Source: Actinomycetota bacterium
GTDB lineage: Bacteria > Actinomycetota > Actinomycetes > Actinomycetales > Microbacteriaceae
Assembly (NCBI GenBank): GCA_005777405.1
Contig: SXMH01000156.1
Span: 1-62,339 of the forward strand
Length of the DNA stretch: 62,339 nt
Direction of reading: 5' to 3'
Both the position numbers and the translations under genes were made by a program. Positions 47,385 through 57,101 of the stretch are shown here, one piece after another. The notes under the pieces were generated by a model that was not told where the DNA came from, ran no database searches, and was given only the letters and a program-made list of their open reading frames with translations. Position 1 is the first letter of the stretch; each line of letters starts with the position of its first letter.

Positions 47385-48887
47385 TCAGCTCAAGCTCACG
47401 GCCCCCCACGACACGGGCGGCAACTCGACGCGCAGCACTCCCCCATCGAGAACGGCCGAGTCGAACGCTCGCAGCCCCACCCGCTCGGGGTCGTCGAGCG
47501 TGTTGCGCGCGGTGATGTCGTCGTCGGCGAGCAGCCAGGCCTCGTCGATCTCTGTCGAGATGCCCACGAGGTCGACCTCGACCGTGGCGCTCTCCGTCGT
47601 GCTGCGGTTGGTCGCGAAGACGACGGCACCGTGCTCGCCACGAGTGACCACCACGTCGACGAGGGGCACAGACCCGAGCTTTCCGGCGTCGTAGGTGGGA
47701 GCATCCACGTCGACCGTCAGTGACTGGCCTTGCGCGAGGCGCGAGGCGGTCGCGAACGGAAAGAACGTGGTCTGCTTCCACGCAATGCCACCGGGCTCGG
47801 TCATGATCGGAGCGATGACGTTGACGAGCTGCGCGAGGCTCGCGGCGGCCACGCGGTCGACGTTGCGCAGCAGTGACATGAGCAGTCCACCCACGACCAC
47901 CGCGTCGGTGACCGTATAGCTGTCTTCGAGCAATCGAGGCGCGACCGGCCACACCTGCGGGTCGGTCACCTTGTCTTCTTCGTGGTATCGCTCGATATCC
48001 CAGACATTCCACTCGTCGAACGAGATGCGCACCTCGTGGTCGCTTCCCTTGGATGCTCGCACTTCGTCAATCGCCTGCCCCACTTCGGCGATGAACAGGT
48101 CCATGTCGACCGGGCTCGCGAGGAAGGCGGCGACGTCGCCCTTCTTGAGGTTGTAGTAGGCGTGGCACGAGATGTAGTCGACGTCGTCGTAGCAGTGCTC
48201 GAGCACCGTGCGCTCCCAGGTGCCGAAGGTCGGCATGTCACGCGCCGAGCTTCCGCACGCCACGAGCTGCAGGCTCGGGTCGAACTGCTTGAGGCCACGG
48301 GCGGTCTGGGCCGCGATCTTTCCGTAGTCGTCAGCGTTGCGGTGCCCGAGTTGCCAGGGCCCATCCATCTCGTTGCCGAGGCACCACATGGTGACAGCGT
48401 GTGGCTCGGGGGCGCCGTGACTCACTCGCAAGTCGCTGAGCGCAGTGCCGCCGCGGATGTTCGTGTACTCGTAGAGGTCGAGCGCTTCGAGCACTCCGCG
48501 AGTGCCGAGGTTGACCGCGAGCATGAGCTCGGTGCCGCTCTTCTCGACCCACCGCGCGAACTCGTTGAGACCCACTTCGTTGGTTTCGAGCGAGTGCCAC
48601 GCCAAGTCGACACGCTTCGGGCGCTGCTCGCGCGGGCCCACTCCGTCTTCCCAGCGATAGCCCGACACGAAGTTGCCGCCCGGGTATCGCACGGTGCTGA
48701 CGCCGAGTTCGCGCACGAGGGCGAGCACGTCTTCGCGAAAGCCGTCTGCGTCTGCGGTTTCGTGCCCGGGCTCATAGATTCCGTCGTAGACGCAGCGCCC
48801 GAGGTGCTCGACGAACGAGCCGAAGAGCCTCCGGTCGATGTCGCCGATGACGGCGTCGGGGCGAACGGTGGCGTGCGCGCGAATCAC
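47385..48887 (-). CDS. GH51 alpha-L-arabinofuranosidase
   Basis: FGSFVEHLGRCVYDG, RYPGGNFVS, WCLGNEMDGPWQ, FDEWNVW, AQLVNVIAPI. Confidence 0.96.
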   Translation of the reverse strand: MIRAHATVRPDAVIGDIDRRLFGSFVEHLGRCVYDGIYEPGHETADADGFREDVLALVRELGVSTVRYPGGNFVSGYRWEDGVGPREQRPKRVDLAWHSLETNEVGLNEFARWVEKSGTELMLAVNLGTRGVLEALDLYEYTNIRGGTALSDLRVSHGAPEPHAVTMWCLGNEMDGPWQLGHRNADDYGKIAAQTARGLKQFDPSLQLVACGSSARDMPTFGTWERTVLEHCYDDVDYISCHAYYNLKKGDVAAFLASPVDMDLFIAEVGQAIDEVRASKGSDHEVRISFDEWNVWDIERYHEEDKVTDPQVWPVAPRLLEDSYTVTDAVVVGGLLMSLLRNVDRVAAASLAQLVNVIAPIMTEPGGIAWKQTTFFPFATASRLAQGQSLTVDVDAPTYDAGKLGSVPLVDVVVTRGEHGAVVFATNRSTTESATVEVDLVGISTEIDEAWLLADDDITARNTLDDPERVGLRAFDSAVLDGGVLRVELPPVSWGAVSLS

Positions 48888-48927
48888 AGTGGGGCTCCTT
48901 CAGTGGTGATCTTCTGGGCAGTGAAAG

Positions 48928-50187
48928 TCATGGCCGATGCCGCCCGTCGGCAGCGTGTCGGCGAAATTGGGCGACGAGCGGCGTCTCGACTCGGCGCAGT
49001 GCGCCGGCGCCCTCTTCGAGCGACCAGAGCCCCATCGAGAGCTGGTGGGCGGATCGCGGCGCCTCAGTGTGCCGCCACGTCCACTCGTACATGTCGAAGA
49101 CCGGCCACCATGTGTAGGCGACGAGAGGCAGACCATCAGCACGCAGGCGTGCCATGAGGTCGAACGACTCGTCCATCCAGGCTGCTCGTTCCTCAACCGT
49201 GCCCGTTACGCACGTCTCGGTGACGGCGACCGGCGCGCCATAGCGGGCGTGTGCTTCACGCAGCAGTTCTTCGAGCCCCGCCCCTCCGTCATCGCGAGTG
49301 GGTCTTGGGTCTGCGAAGCCCCCGCCGTGGTGCACGCCCGTCTCGATGACTTCGGTCGAGTGCCTCGGATAGTAGTTGACGCCTGAGACATCAGGCAACG
49401 CTGGGCGAGTGCGCAAACGGTCGAGTAGAGCATCAGTGATTCCCGCGGCGGCGAGATGCGAGAACAGTGGATGCCCGTCATCCACTCCCCCGGTCACGAG
49501 GTCTTCCACGAGCCACACTTGGTGGCGAAGCCGCTCGGCGAGCTCGCCGCGCTGAGCCGCATCGTCGGCGCCGACGAAGCGCATGCCCGCATCGACATGC
49601 ACGAACACGGCCCGGTCGCCGAGCACCTCGGCGATGCCGTGCTGCACTTGGTGAAAGCCTTCGGCGAGCTGAATGCTCATCGTCGCCAAGCCCTCGGTGC
49701 CCCGCAGATATGGCGGCCAGTAGGCATACTCGCCGCTGAAGAGGGCGTGAATCATGGGCTCATTGATCGGCGTGTAGTCGGTGACCCGGTCGCCATATCG
49801 TTCGGCGAAGGCCACACCGAACTCGGCGAAGCGCGCGGCAAAGTCGGGGTTGGCGAACTCCCTCTCGAGCCATGTCGGTGTTCCGTAGTGCAGCAGGTCG
49901 ATCACGGGGCGCAGGCCGATCTCGCCGAAGTGGTCGATGACGGGGTCGACCCAGCTCCAATCCCACGAGTCTCGCTGCGGCTGAACGCGATGCCACGGGA
50001 TGCCCCACCGCAGCAACTCGGCACCCGCCGAGCGCGCCAGATCGAGGTCGCCGCGCCACTGCTCGTAGTGCTCGGTGAGCTCGTACTCGTCGAGCGCCCG
50101 TTCACCGGGGCCTGACTGGGGCACGAAGGTGTTCTCGATGCCGAGCGCGAAGTGCAGGGCGCCATCGAGGTGCCAGGGCACGGTCAT
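48928..50187 (-). CDS. GH1 family glycosidase
   Basis: LRWGIPW, DLLHYGTP, acid/base TPINEP, GVNYY, nucleophile VTET. Confidence 0.88.
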   Translation of the reverse strand: MTVPWHLDGALHFALGIENTFVPQSGPGERALDEYELTEHYEQWRGDLDLARSAGAELLRWGIPWHRVQPQRDSWDWSWVDPVIDHFGEIGLRPVIDLLHYGTPTWLEREFANPDFAARFAEFGVAFAERYGDRVTDYTPINEPMIHALFSGEYAYWPPYLRGTEGLATMSIQLAEGFHQVQHGIAEVLGDRAVFVHVDAGMRFVGADDAAQRGELAERLRHQVWLVEDLVTGGVDDGHPLFSHLAAAGITDALLDRLRTRPALPDVSGVNYYPRHSTEVIETGVHHGGGFADPRPTRDDGGAGLEELLREAHARYGAPVAVTETCVTGTVEERAAWMDESFDLMARLRADGLPLVAYTWWPVFDMYEWTWRHTEAPRSAHQLSMGLWSLEEGAGALRRVETPLVAQFRRHAADGRHRP

Positions 50188-51059
50188 CCCTTCACTCCCG
50201 TCGTCGCGATGGATTCGATGAACGTGCGCTGCACGATGAGGAAGGCCACGAGCAAGGGCAGAATCGCGATGAGTGAGCCAGCCATCATGACGCCGTAGGG
50301 AATGATGCCGCCGGGGCCCGTGAGAAGCGTGAGGCCCGAGGTGAGCGTGCCCATCTCGCGTTGTGTCGTGAACACGAGCGGCCACAGCAGGTCGTTCCAG
50401 TTATTGACGAAGGTGAAGATGCCGAGCGTCATGAGTGCGGGAATCGCGTTGGGAATGACAATGCTGCGGAAGATGCGGAACTCGCTCGCACCATCGATAC
50501 GCGCGGCGTTGTCGATGTCTCGAGGCAAAGCCAGGAAGAACTGCCGCAAGAAGAAGATGCCGAAGGCGTCAGCGGCGCGAGGGGCGATGAGTCCGGCATA
50601 CGTGTTGACCCAGCCCAGGTCTGCTACCACCTGGTACACGGGGATGAGGGTGGCCTGGAACGGGATCATGAGGCTCGCGATGATGACGATGAGCAACACC
50701 GTGCGTCCGCGGAAGTCGATACGAGCGAGCGCGTACGCGGCGAGCGAATCGAAGACGAGCGCGAATGCTGTGACACCGCCCGCGAAGATGACGCTGTTGA
50801 GAATGAGGCGTGCGAACGGCAGCTCGGTCGTGATGCGCTCGACGTTCGCGAACGTCCACTGTTCGGGCAGCAGGGTCGGCGGAAAAGCGTTGACCTCACC
50901 GGTCGGCTTGAACGCGGTGAACACGATGCTCGCGATTGGCAGCAGTACAAGGGCGACGGCGGCGAGCAAGCCGATGAACGCGAAAGCTGTCGTCGGCTTC
51001 AGTCGAGGCCGCGGGCCGCGAGCAAGCGCGCCCACTCGGGTCGGTGCGAGGGCGGTCAT
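50184..51059 (-). CDS. Carbohydrate ABC transporter permease
   Basis: NAARIDGAS, WNDLLWP. Confidence 0.93.
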   Translation of the reverse strand: MTALAPTRVGALARGPRPRLKPTTAFAFIGLLAAVALVLLPIASIVFTAFKPTGEVNAFPPTLLPEQWTFANVERITTELPFARLILNSVIFAGGVTAFALVFDSLAAYALARIDFRGRTVLLIVIIASLMIPFQATLIPVYQVVADLGWVNTYAGLIAPRAADAFGIFFLRQFFLALPRDIDNAARIDGASEFRIFRSIVIPNAIPALMTLGIFTFVNNWNDLLWPLVFTTQREMGTLTSGLTLLTGPGGIIPYGVMMAGSLIAILPLLVAFLIVQRTFIESIATTGVKG

Positions 51060-52006
51060 GTGAGGTCTCTTTCTCGACGGCCGAAGAAGACGAACTGCAC
51101 GATGCTCAGCAAGAGCGTTGCTGCCAGCAGCACGTACGACAGGGCCGAGGCGAAGCCCAGCTCAAGGCGGCGGAATCCTGACTCGTAGATTTCCATCACG
51201 ATGGTCTGGGTGCTGCCGAACGGCCCGCCCCCGGTCATGACGTAAATCTGGTCGAAGGCCTGCAGCGCCGCGATCATGGCGAAGATCATGACGAACGCGA
51301 GGGTGTTCGACAGCATCGGCAACGTGACGTTGCGGAAGCGAGCCCACGGCCCTGCGCCGTCGACCCTCGCGGCCTCGTAGAGCGAGGCGGGAACATCCTG
51401 CAATCCGGCCAAGAAGATGACGAAGTAGAAGCCGAAGCTCTTCCACACTGCCACGAGTGCGACGACGGGCATCGCGAGGTTGGGGTCTTGCAGCGGGTTG
51501 CCGATGCGAATGCCAATGCTGCTGAGCCAGTAGTTGAGCAGCCCCACGTTCGGGTCGAGCAAGTAGCCCCAGGCGAAGGCCGACACGGCAAGCGAGACGA
51601 TGAACGGTACGAAGAAGGCCGTGCGGAAGAACGAGCGGAACGGCAGTCGCGGATTGTTGACCGCGAGTGCGAGCCCCAGGGCGACCGCAACTGCCGGCGG
51701 CGTGAAGAGCACGAGGTACCAGACCGTGTTGAACAACGCGGAGAGAATGTCGGCATCGGCGAAGATGCGTGCGTAGTTGTCGAACCCCACCCAGTTCTCG
51801 ACGCCGAAGCCGCTCGCGTCGGTGAACGAGAGTCGCAGCGCCGACACCATCGGCCACGCGACGAACACGCCGAGCACGATGAGTGCTGGGGCAAGAAACA
51901 GCAGTGCTGTGCGGTCGCGCTTGTCCTGTGCCGACCGGCGCCGGGGGCGGCCGCCGAGCGGTGCCGGTGGGCGGTAGGTGGGTCGCGACCCGGTGAGTGA
52001 CGTCAT
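51056..52006 (-). CDS. Carbohydrate ABC transporter permease
   Basis: LYEAARVDGA, FDQIYVMTGGGP. Confidence 0.93.
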   Translation of the reverse strand: MTSLTGSRPTYRPPAPLGGRPRRRSAQDKRDRTALLFLAPALIVLGVFVAWPMVSALRLSFTDASGFGVENWVGFDNYARIFADADILSALFNTVWYLVLFTPPAVAVALGLALAVNNPRLPFRSFFRTAFFVPFIVSLAVSAFAWGYLLDPNVGLLNYWLSSIGIRIGNPLQDPNLAMPVVALVAVWKSFGFYFVIFLAGLQDVPASLYEAARVDGAGPWARFRNVTLPMLSNTLAFVMIFAMIAALQAFDQIYVMTGGGPFGSTQTIVMEIYESGFRRLELGFASALSYVLLAATLLLSIVQFVFFGRRERDLT

Positions 52007-52024
52007 GGTCTTTCGTCTCGCTAG

Positions 52025-52058
52025 GTGGGGGCGGCGTCACTGACGACACCGCCCCCAC
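52025..52058 (-). promoter_or_regulatory. Intercistronic hairpin after SBP gene (mRNA stabiliser or partial terminator)
   Basis: GTGGGGGCGG / CCGCCCCCAC, 10-bp arms. Confidence 0.6.
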
Positions 52059-52083
52059 AGGGTTCGAGCGTGGTGCGGGAAGG

Positions 52084-53355
52084 TTATCCCGCGAGCGCTG
52101 CCTCGATCTCGGCTTGCGCCTCAGCGAGCAGTGCATCGATGTCGCCGCCAGCCATCACCTGCTGGGTGAGGTTGTCGACGGCCGTGAGCACGTCGACGCT
52201 ATTGACGACGCCCGGCAGCAGCGGGCGGCCAAACTCGGCCATCGACGTGAGCGCTGCGACCGTGGCGTTGTCGGCCACCGAATCGGCCGCGATGTCGGTG
52301 CGCAACGGAGGCCAACCGGAACCGAGCGACCACGCCACGGCGTTGTCGTCGTTGAGGAAGTACGCGAAGAACTTCTCGGCAGCTGCCTGGCGGGCAGGAT
52401 CTTCCTGCTGCGTGATCGCCATCGACACTCCGATGGCAGATGCGGCCTGGTCGACAGGACCGGCGGGAATCGGCGCGATGCCGTAGTCGATGCCGTTGTC
52501 AGCAGCGATGAAGACCATCCACGGACCACCGATGGTCATGGCGGCTCGACCCGAGGAGAAGATGCTGTCAGCTTCGATGCCATCAACACCGGTGGGCGAA
52601 ATCGCGCTCTCCACGATCGCGTCGCGCCAGAACTCGAGAGTCTCGGCGTTCTCGGGCGAGTCGATGACCGCGGTGTCGCCGCCTTCGACGATCTCGCCGC
52701 CGTTGCCGTAGAAGAGCGAGGGCCAGAGGCCGTTCGCCACCGTGGCGTGGTCGGGAAGAATCACCCCGTACTGCTCGGGCGTGCCGTCGCCGTTCTCGTC
52801 GATCGTGAGCTGCTCAGAGACACTCACCCAGTCGTCCCAGGTGGTGGGAGCCTCGGTGATGCCTGCCGCCTCGAAGAGGGCCTTGTTGAAGTAGACCGCG
52901 AGGGGCACGAAGCCGGTGGGAACACCGTAGGCGGTGCCGTTGACCGTGATCATGTCGACAGCGCCGGGGTTGACGGCGCCAGCGTTGTTCGCCGGGTCGG
53001 CGTAGAACTCGTCGAGCGAGGCGAACGCGCCACGGTCGGCGTACACGGGCAGGCGCTCGGCCGGCATGGCCACGATGTCGGGCCCGGTGCCGGCGGAGAG
53101 TGCGGGCAGCAGAGTGTCGTCGATGACAGCCCACGGGTTGATCTCGGTCGAGATGACGATGTCAGGGTTCTCAGCGTTGAAGTCAGCGACGATCTGCTCG
53201 AGCACGTCACCATCGGCCTCGGTGTAGCCGTGCCAGAAGGTGAGCTCGATCGGGCCGTCGCTTGACTCGGTGCCGTCCGCCGAGCAGCCGGCGAGCATGA
53301 GCGCGCTCGCGGCGGCCACAGCGGCGACAGTTGTCACTGTGCGGTTGCGGGTCAT
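52084..53355 (-). CDS. Sugar ABC transporter solute-binding lipoprotein
   Basis: Lipobox LAGC, LTFWHGYT, GPDI, YFNKALF; AAAGGAAG SD. Confidence 0.92.
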   Translation of the reverse strand: MTRNRTVTTVAAVAAASALMLAGCSADGTESSDGPIELTFWHGYTEADGDVLEQIVADFNAENPDIVISTEINPWAVIDDTLLPALSAGTGPDIVAMPAERLPVYADRGAFASLDEFYADPANNAGAVNPGAVDMITVNGTAYGVPTGFVPLAVYFNKALFEAAGITEAPTTWDDWVSVSEQLTIDENGDGTPEQYGVILPDHATVANGLWPSLFYGNGGEIVEGGDTAVIDSPENAETLEFWRDAIVESAISPTGVDGIEADSIFSSGRAAMTIGGPWMVFIAADNGIDYGIAPIPAGPVDQAASAIGVSMAITQQEDPARQAAAEKFFAYFLNDDNAVAWSLGSGWPPLRTDIAADSVADNATVAALTSMAEFGRPLLPGVVNSVDVLTAVDNLTQQVMAGGDIDALLAEAQAEIEAALAG

Positions 53356-53444
53356 GGGTCTTCCTTTGAACGTGTGCGGGACTTCGGTGTCTACTCGGTC
53401 GGGAACCATGGTGCTCGCAGTCCCTGACCGAGATCGCAACGTCT

Positions 53445-53495
53445 ATTACAACGTTGTAATGGATTGAGTATGCGGTCGGAATGCGTCGCTGTCAA
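53445..53495 (-). promoter_or_regulatory. Promoter and LacI operator
   Basis: Perfect palindrome ATTACAACGTTGTAAT (53445-53460) downstream of TTGACA-N17-CATACT. Confidence 0.85.
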
Positions 53496-53508
53496 GACGG
53501 GATGCTCG

Positions 53509-54531
53509 TCAGCGTGTCACGGCCGGCGTCGACTCGCGCTGCACGATGCGAAAGCCCGATCGCACCTCACGCTTGGGCGGCGCATCGCTGCCGGCTCCGA
53601 TGCGCTCGAGCAGAACATCCACCGCGATGTGCGCGATCTCGCGCCGACCGGGGTCAACGGTGGTGAGGCTCGGCAGGGAGTATTGCGCTTCGTCGACGTC
53701 GTCGAATCCGATGATGGCCACTTGCTCGGGTACGCGAATGCCGCGTTCGTTGAGCACGCGCAAAGCGCCGAGCGCGAGCTCGTCGTTGAGGGCGAACACG
53801 GCATCGAAGTCAACGTCGCGCTCGAGCAGCGTGCGCATAGTCTCGGCACCGTTCACACGGTGCCACGGCCCCGCATCGACAACGAGACGCTCGTCGTACG
53901 GGATGCCGCGAGCTTCGATGGCCGCTCTATACCCCGAGAGTCGCAGCCCTGCCGAGCCAATCACCTCGCCCGTGTGGGCACCGATGACGGCGATGCGGCG
54001 ACAGCCGGCGTCGAGAAGGTGATCGGTGGCGGCGCGGGCCGCATCCACGTTTTCCATCGTGATGTGGTCGACGGGGCCGTCGAAGATGCGCTCACCGAGG
54101 AGCACGAGCGGAAAGCCGACGTCGAGTTTGTCGGCGTCGTCATTGCCCAGTCCCAGAGGGCTGAACAGCAATCCGTCGGTCATCTGGCGGCGGCTGCCGC
54201 GCAGGGCTTCGAGTTCTCGTTCGGGGTCTCCCCCGGTCTGCTCAATGAGCACGACGGTGTCGCGCTGTTCGGCATAGGAGATGACTTCATCGGCGAGCTC
54301 GGCGAAGTAGCTGAGGCTCAACTCGGGCACCGCGAGACCGATTGCTCCGGTGCGGCCGGAACGCAGGCTGCGTGCCGAACGGTTCGGGCGGTAGTCGAGT
54401 TGCTTGATGGCTGCCTCGACCTTGATGCGCGTCGCCTCGGCCACATGAGGGTGATCGTTGATGACGTTTGACACCGTCTTGAACGAGACGCCAGCAAGCT
54501 TGGCGACATCGTGCAGGGTGGGCGAGGTCAT
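53509..54531 (-). CDS. LacI family regulator
   Basis: TLHDVAKLAGVSFKTVSNVIN, YRPNRSARSL, NDELA, GFDD. Confidence 0.95.
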   Translation of the reverse strand: MTSPTLHDVAKLAGVSFKTVSNVINDHPHVAEATRIKVEAAIKQLDYRPNRSARSLRSGRTGAIGLAVPELSLSYFAELADEVISYAEQRDTVVLIEQTGGDPERELEALRGSRRQMTDGLLFSPLGLGNDDADKLDVGFPLVLLGERIFDGPVDHITMENVDAARAATDHLLDAGCRRIAVIGAHTGEVIGSAGLRLSGYRAAIEARGIPYDERLVVDAGPWHRVNGAETMRTLLERDVDFDAVFALNDELALGALRVLNERGIRVPEQVAIIGFDDVDEAQYSLPSLTTVDPGRREIAHIAVDVLLERIGAGSDAPPKREVRSGFRIVQRESTPAVTR

Positions 54532-54536
54532 GAGAG

Positions 54537-55004
54537 TCACTCTAGAGGCGGGGCTTCGCCGAGCCGAGACTCCGCCAACGCAATGCGTGTCAGCGGGTCG
54601 CCGGTGTCGACGTACAGGCTCGCTCCAGGCACCAGCGCAGCCGACACTCGCGCGATGGCCTGCTCATACTCTCGAGGATGACGGCCATCGAGCACGCCGA
54701 CTCTGCACGCGAACGCGAGGTCGAACGGTGGGCAGCCGGGTGGCAACGTGAACGACTCGACCGATGCGCACAGCACGCTCATCAGACCAGCATCGATCTG
54801 ATCACGACAGGCTCGTTCTGTGGCCGCGATTCCCGTGACGGAACGGTCGACGACGAGCACGTGGCCGTGCGGGCCGACGCGCTCGACAACACGGCGAGCC
54901 GCGGCCCCCGGAGCGCCGCCGATCTCGAGCACACGCATTGCAGGTCGCAAAGGTAGCGCTTCAATGACCGCTTGCAGTCGGGGCGAGAGTGCCGAAGAAC
55001 TCAT
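54537..55004 (-). CDS. Small class I SAM-dependent methyltransferase
   Basis: RVLEIGGAPG, VVDRS, FDLAFA. Confidence 0.8.
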   Translation of the reverse strand: MSSSALSPRLQAVIEALPLRPAMRVLEIGGAPGAAARRVVERVGPHGHVLVVDRSVTGIAATERACRDQIDAGLMSVLCASVESFTLPPGCPPFDLAFACRVGVLDGRHPREYEQAIARVSAALVPGASLYVDTGDPLTRIALAESRLGEAPPLE

Positions 55005-55172
55005 GACCGATTCAGTGTGCAGGTTGGCGCGCGGGCGACGCAATCGTCGGGCCGCGCAGCTCGCGTTTCGACTCACTCATGAATGGGTGAATCCTCCCCA
55101 ACTCAAGGGGACCGCTGTCGCCGCGGTGCATGATCGCTCACCCGACAGTTCTTGCGCCCTACAGTCGAAGTC

Positions 55173-55976
55173 ATGCGCGTGATTCCCAACACGATGGATT
55201 CCGAGACCGTCGCCGCCGTCGACGACCGCTTGCGCGGCGTCTCGTCTGACAATCACGTGGTCATTCCCTGGGCGATCGAGAGCGGCAGCCGTGCATGGGG
55301 GTTTCCGTCACCCGACAGCGACTACGACTGCCGCTTCATGTACGTGCGCCGCCGCAACGATTACCTCAGCCCGTGGCCCCAACGCGACGTCATCGAAACG
55401 CCCCTCGACAAGATCTTCGACGTCAACGGTTGGGATGTCATCAAGGCCGTGCGTTTGCTCGTCAAGGGCAACGCGACGGTCACCGAGTGGCTGCGGTCGC
55501 CCATCATCTACAGCGGCGATGAGGCGTTTCGGGACGGGATGCTCGAGCTCGCAGCATCCGTCTACGACCCGGTAAAGGCGGCGCGCCACTATCGTCATGT
55601 CGGCTTGCGGCAGCGAGGGGGAGCCACCGAGACGCTCGCGCTCAAGCGCGTCTTCTACGCACTGCGGCCCGCGGCAACTCTTCACTGGCTCCGCGCCCAT
55701 CCGAATGCTGGGGTGCCGCCCATGGACCTCCCCAGCCTCGTCGAGCAGGCCGACCCGGGCCCAGTGCTGCGTCACCGTATCGCGGAACTGATCGCGCTCA
55801 AGAGCACGACGCGCGAGTTGGGCGCGGGTGAAGTGCCGCGCGAGATTCTCGACTTCATCGAGCGAGAGCTAGAACTCGCCGCGGTGTTCGACGAGCTCGA
55901 CCCGGCGGTCAATCCTGATGCAATTGCATTGGCCGAGAAGTGGTTTCTCGACACGCTCGACACGTGGGGCCGTTGA
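55173..55976 (+). CDS. Pol-beta superfamily nucleotidyltransferase (YcgL/RlaP-type)
   Basis: IESGSRAWGFPSPDSDYDCRF, GWD, KGN...EWLRSPIIY, LKRVFYALRP. Confidence 0.9.
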   Translation: MRVIPNTMDSETVAAVDDRLRGVSSDNHVVIPWAIESGSRAWGFPSPDSDYDCRFMYVRRRNDYLSPWPQRDVIETPLDKIFDVNGWDVIKAVRLLVKGNATVTEWLRSPIIYSGDEAFRDGMLELAASVYDPVKAARHYRHVGLRQRGGATETLALKRVFYALRPAATLHWLRAHPNAGVPPMDLPSLVEQADPGPVLRHRIAELIALKSTTRELGAGEVPREILDFIERELELAAVFDELDPAVNPDAIALAEKWFLDTLDTWGR

Positions 55977-55998
55977 TGGTTCCTATTGCCGTCGAGGT

Positions 55999-56982
55999 CT
56001 AGCGGCCGAGCAGCTCACGGAACCGCTCTTGCGAGATCGCCGTTCCGCCGGCCTCACGAATCACCATTCCCGACGTGGGGTGACGTTGCTCGAGGTGCAG
56101 GTGCTTGCCGTTGAGGGTCGTATAGCCGGCGGCCTCTTCGCGCGAGACGGCGCGATTCTCCCGCCACAACAGCAGGCCGATCGCGGCCAGCTGAACAGCG
56201 ATCACGCTGACGAGAAAGCCCACGTCTCGCATGAAGGAGGCCCAGAGCACGAGAGGGGCAGCGATGATCCAGAGAGCGGTGATGACCCGCTTGACCGGGA
56301 TACCCCACAGGCGTGCGGCATCGTAGGCAGTCGTGCCCGGTTCGAGCGTGCCAGGTCGGGACCTAATCGTCGGAGCCGATTGCGACGGCGCTCGTGACGC
56401 ATAGTGGCCGCCACGCAGTGCCTCGCGCGCCTGCGCCGCGAGGTCTTGCACGCCCGGTTCGTCGAGGTAGCGAGCGATGAATGGCCCCGTCGTCAACTTG
56501 GTGATGCCGAACTGCACGTCAACCGGCGACGCCGCCGAGTCTTGCAGCTGCGCAACGGTGAGCTTGAGGCGGGGAAGCGAGGGCTGACGGTACTCCGGGC
56601 TCTCGGTGTAGGTGCCGAGATCGACTCCGAGCACGCGATCGGCAGAGATCGTCTCAAGAACGCGAGGCGAAAAGCCGCCACTCCACAACCTCACGCCGTC
56701 GGTCGAGAACGTGACGATGAACGGGTTCGGCACGCGAGCGGGGCTGAGCCCGCCGTGTTGCGCACGCGCAAGCGCCCCGGAAAGGTCTTTGTCTCGAACC
56801 CCAACGACGGTGAGCGTTGATGCAGGTTGAGACGCGGCGAACTTGCGGTGCGCCGACCTCAAACTCCCCACATAGATCCAGATGGGAATCATCAACGCAA
56901 TGACGACGCCCAACACGATGAGCAGACCAGTCCAGCGTTCCACCGCGCTACTCCCCTGCCGTCGTTCTCGAACTCTTGTCAC
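55999..56982 (-). CDS. Membrane protein of unknown function (TM - soluble domain - 2 TM - EEAAGYTT tail)
   Basis: 327-aa ORF filling the gap; hydrophobic segments; start uncertain. Confidence 0.65.
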   Translation of the reverse strand: MTRVRERRQGSSAVERWTGLLIVLGVVIALMIPIWIYVGSLRSAHRKFAASQPASTLTVVGVRDKDLSGALARAQHGGLSPARVPNPFIVTFSTDGVRLWSGGFSPRVLETISADRVLGVDLGTYTESPEYRQPSLPRLKLTVAQLQDSAASPVDVQFGITKLTTGPFIARYLDEPGVQDLAAQAREALRGGHYASRAPSQSAPTIRSRPGTLEPGTTAYDAARLWGIPVKRVITALWIIAAPLVLWASFMRDVGFLVSVIAVQLAAIGLLLWRENRAVSREEAAGYTTLNGKHLHLEQRHPTSGMVIREAGGTAISQERFRELLGR

Positions 56983-57101
56983 AGATTATGTCGCGACACC
57001 CACGAGTACCGCCCCCGCTCAGGGGGTGCCGCTAGCGCCGCTCCCCCGCCAGACTGGAGCGAGGCTCGACTTTCTCGTCGTGCCGCGGCAACGGGGGCAG
57101 C

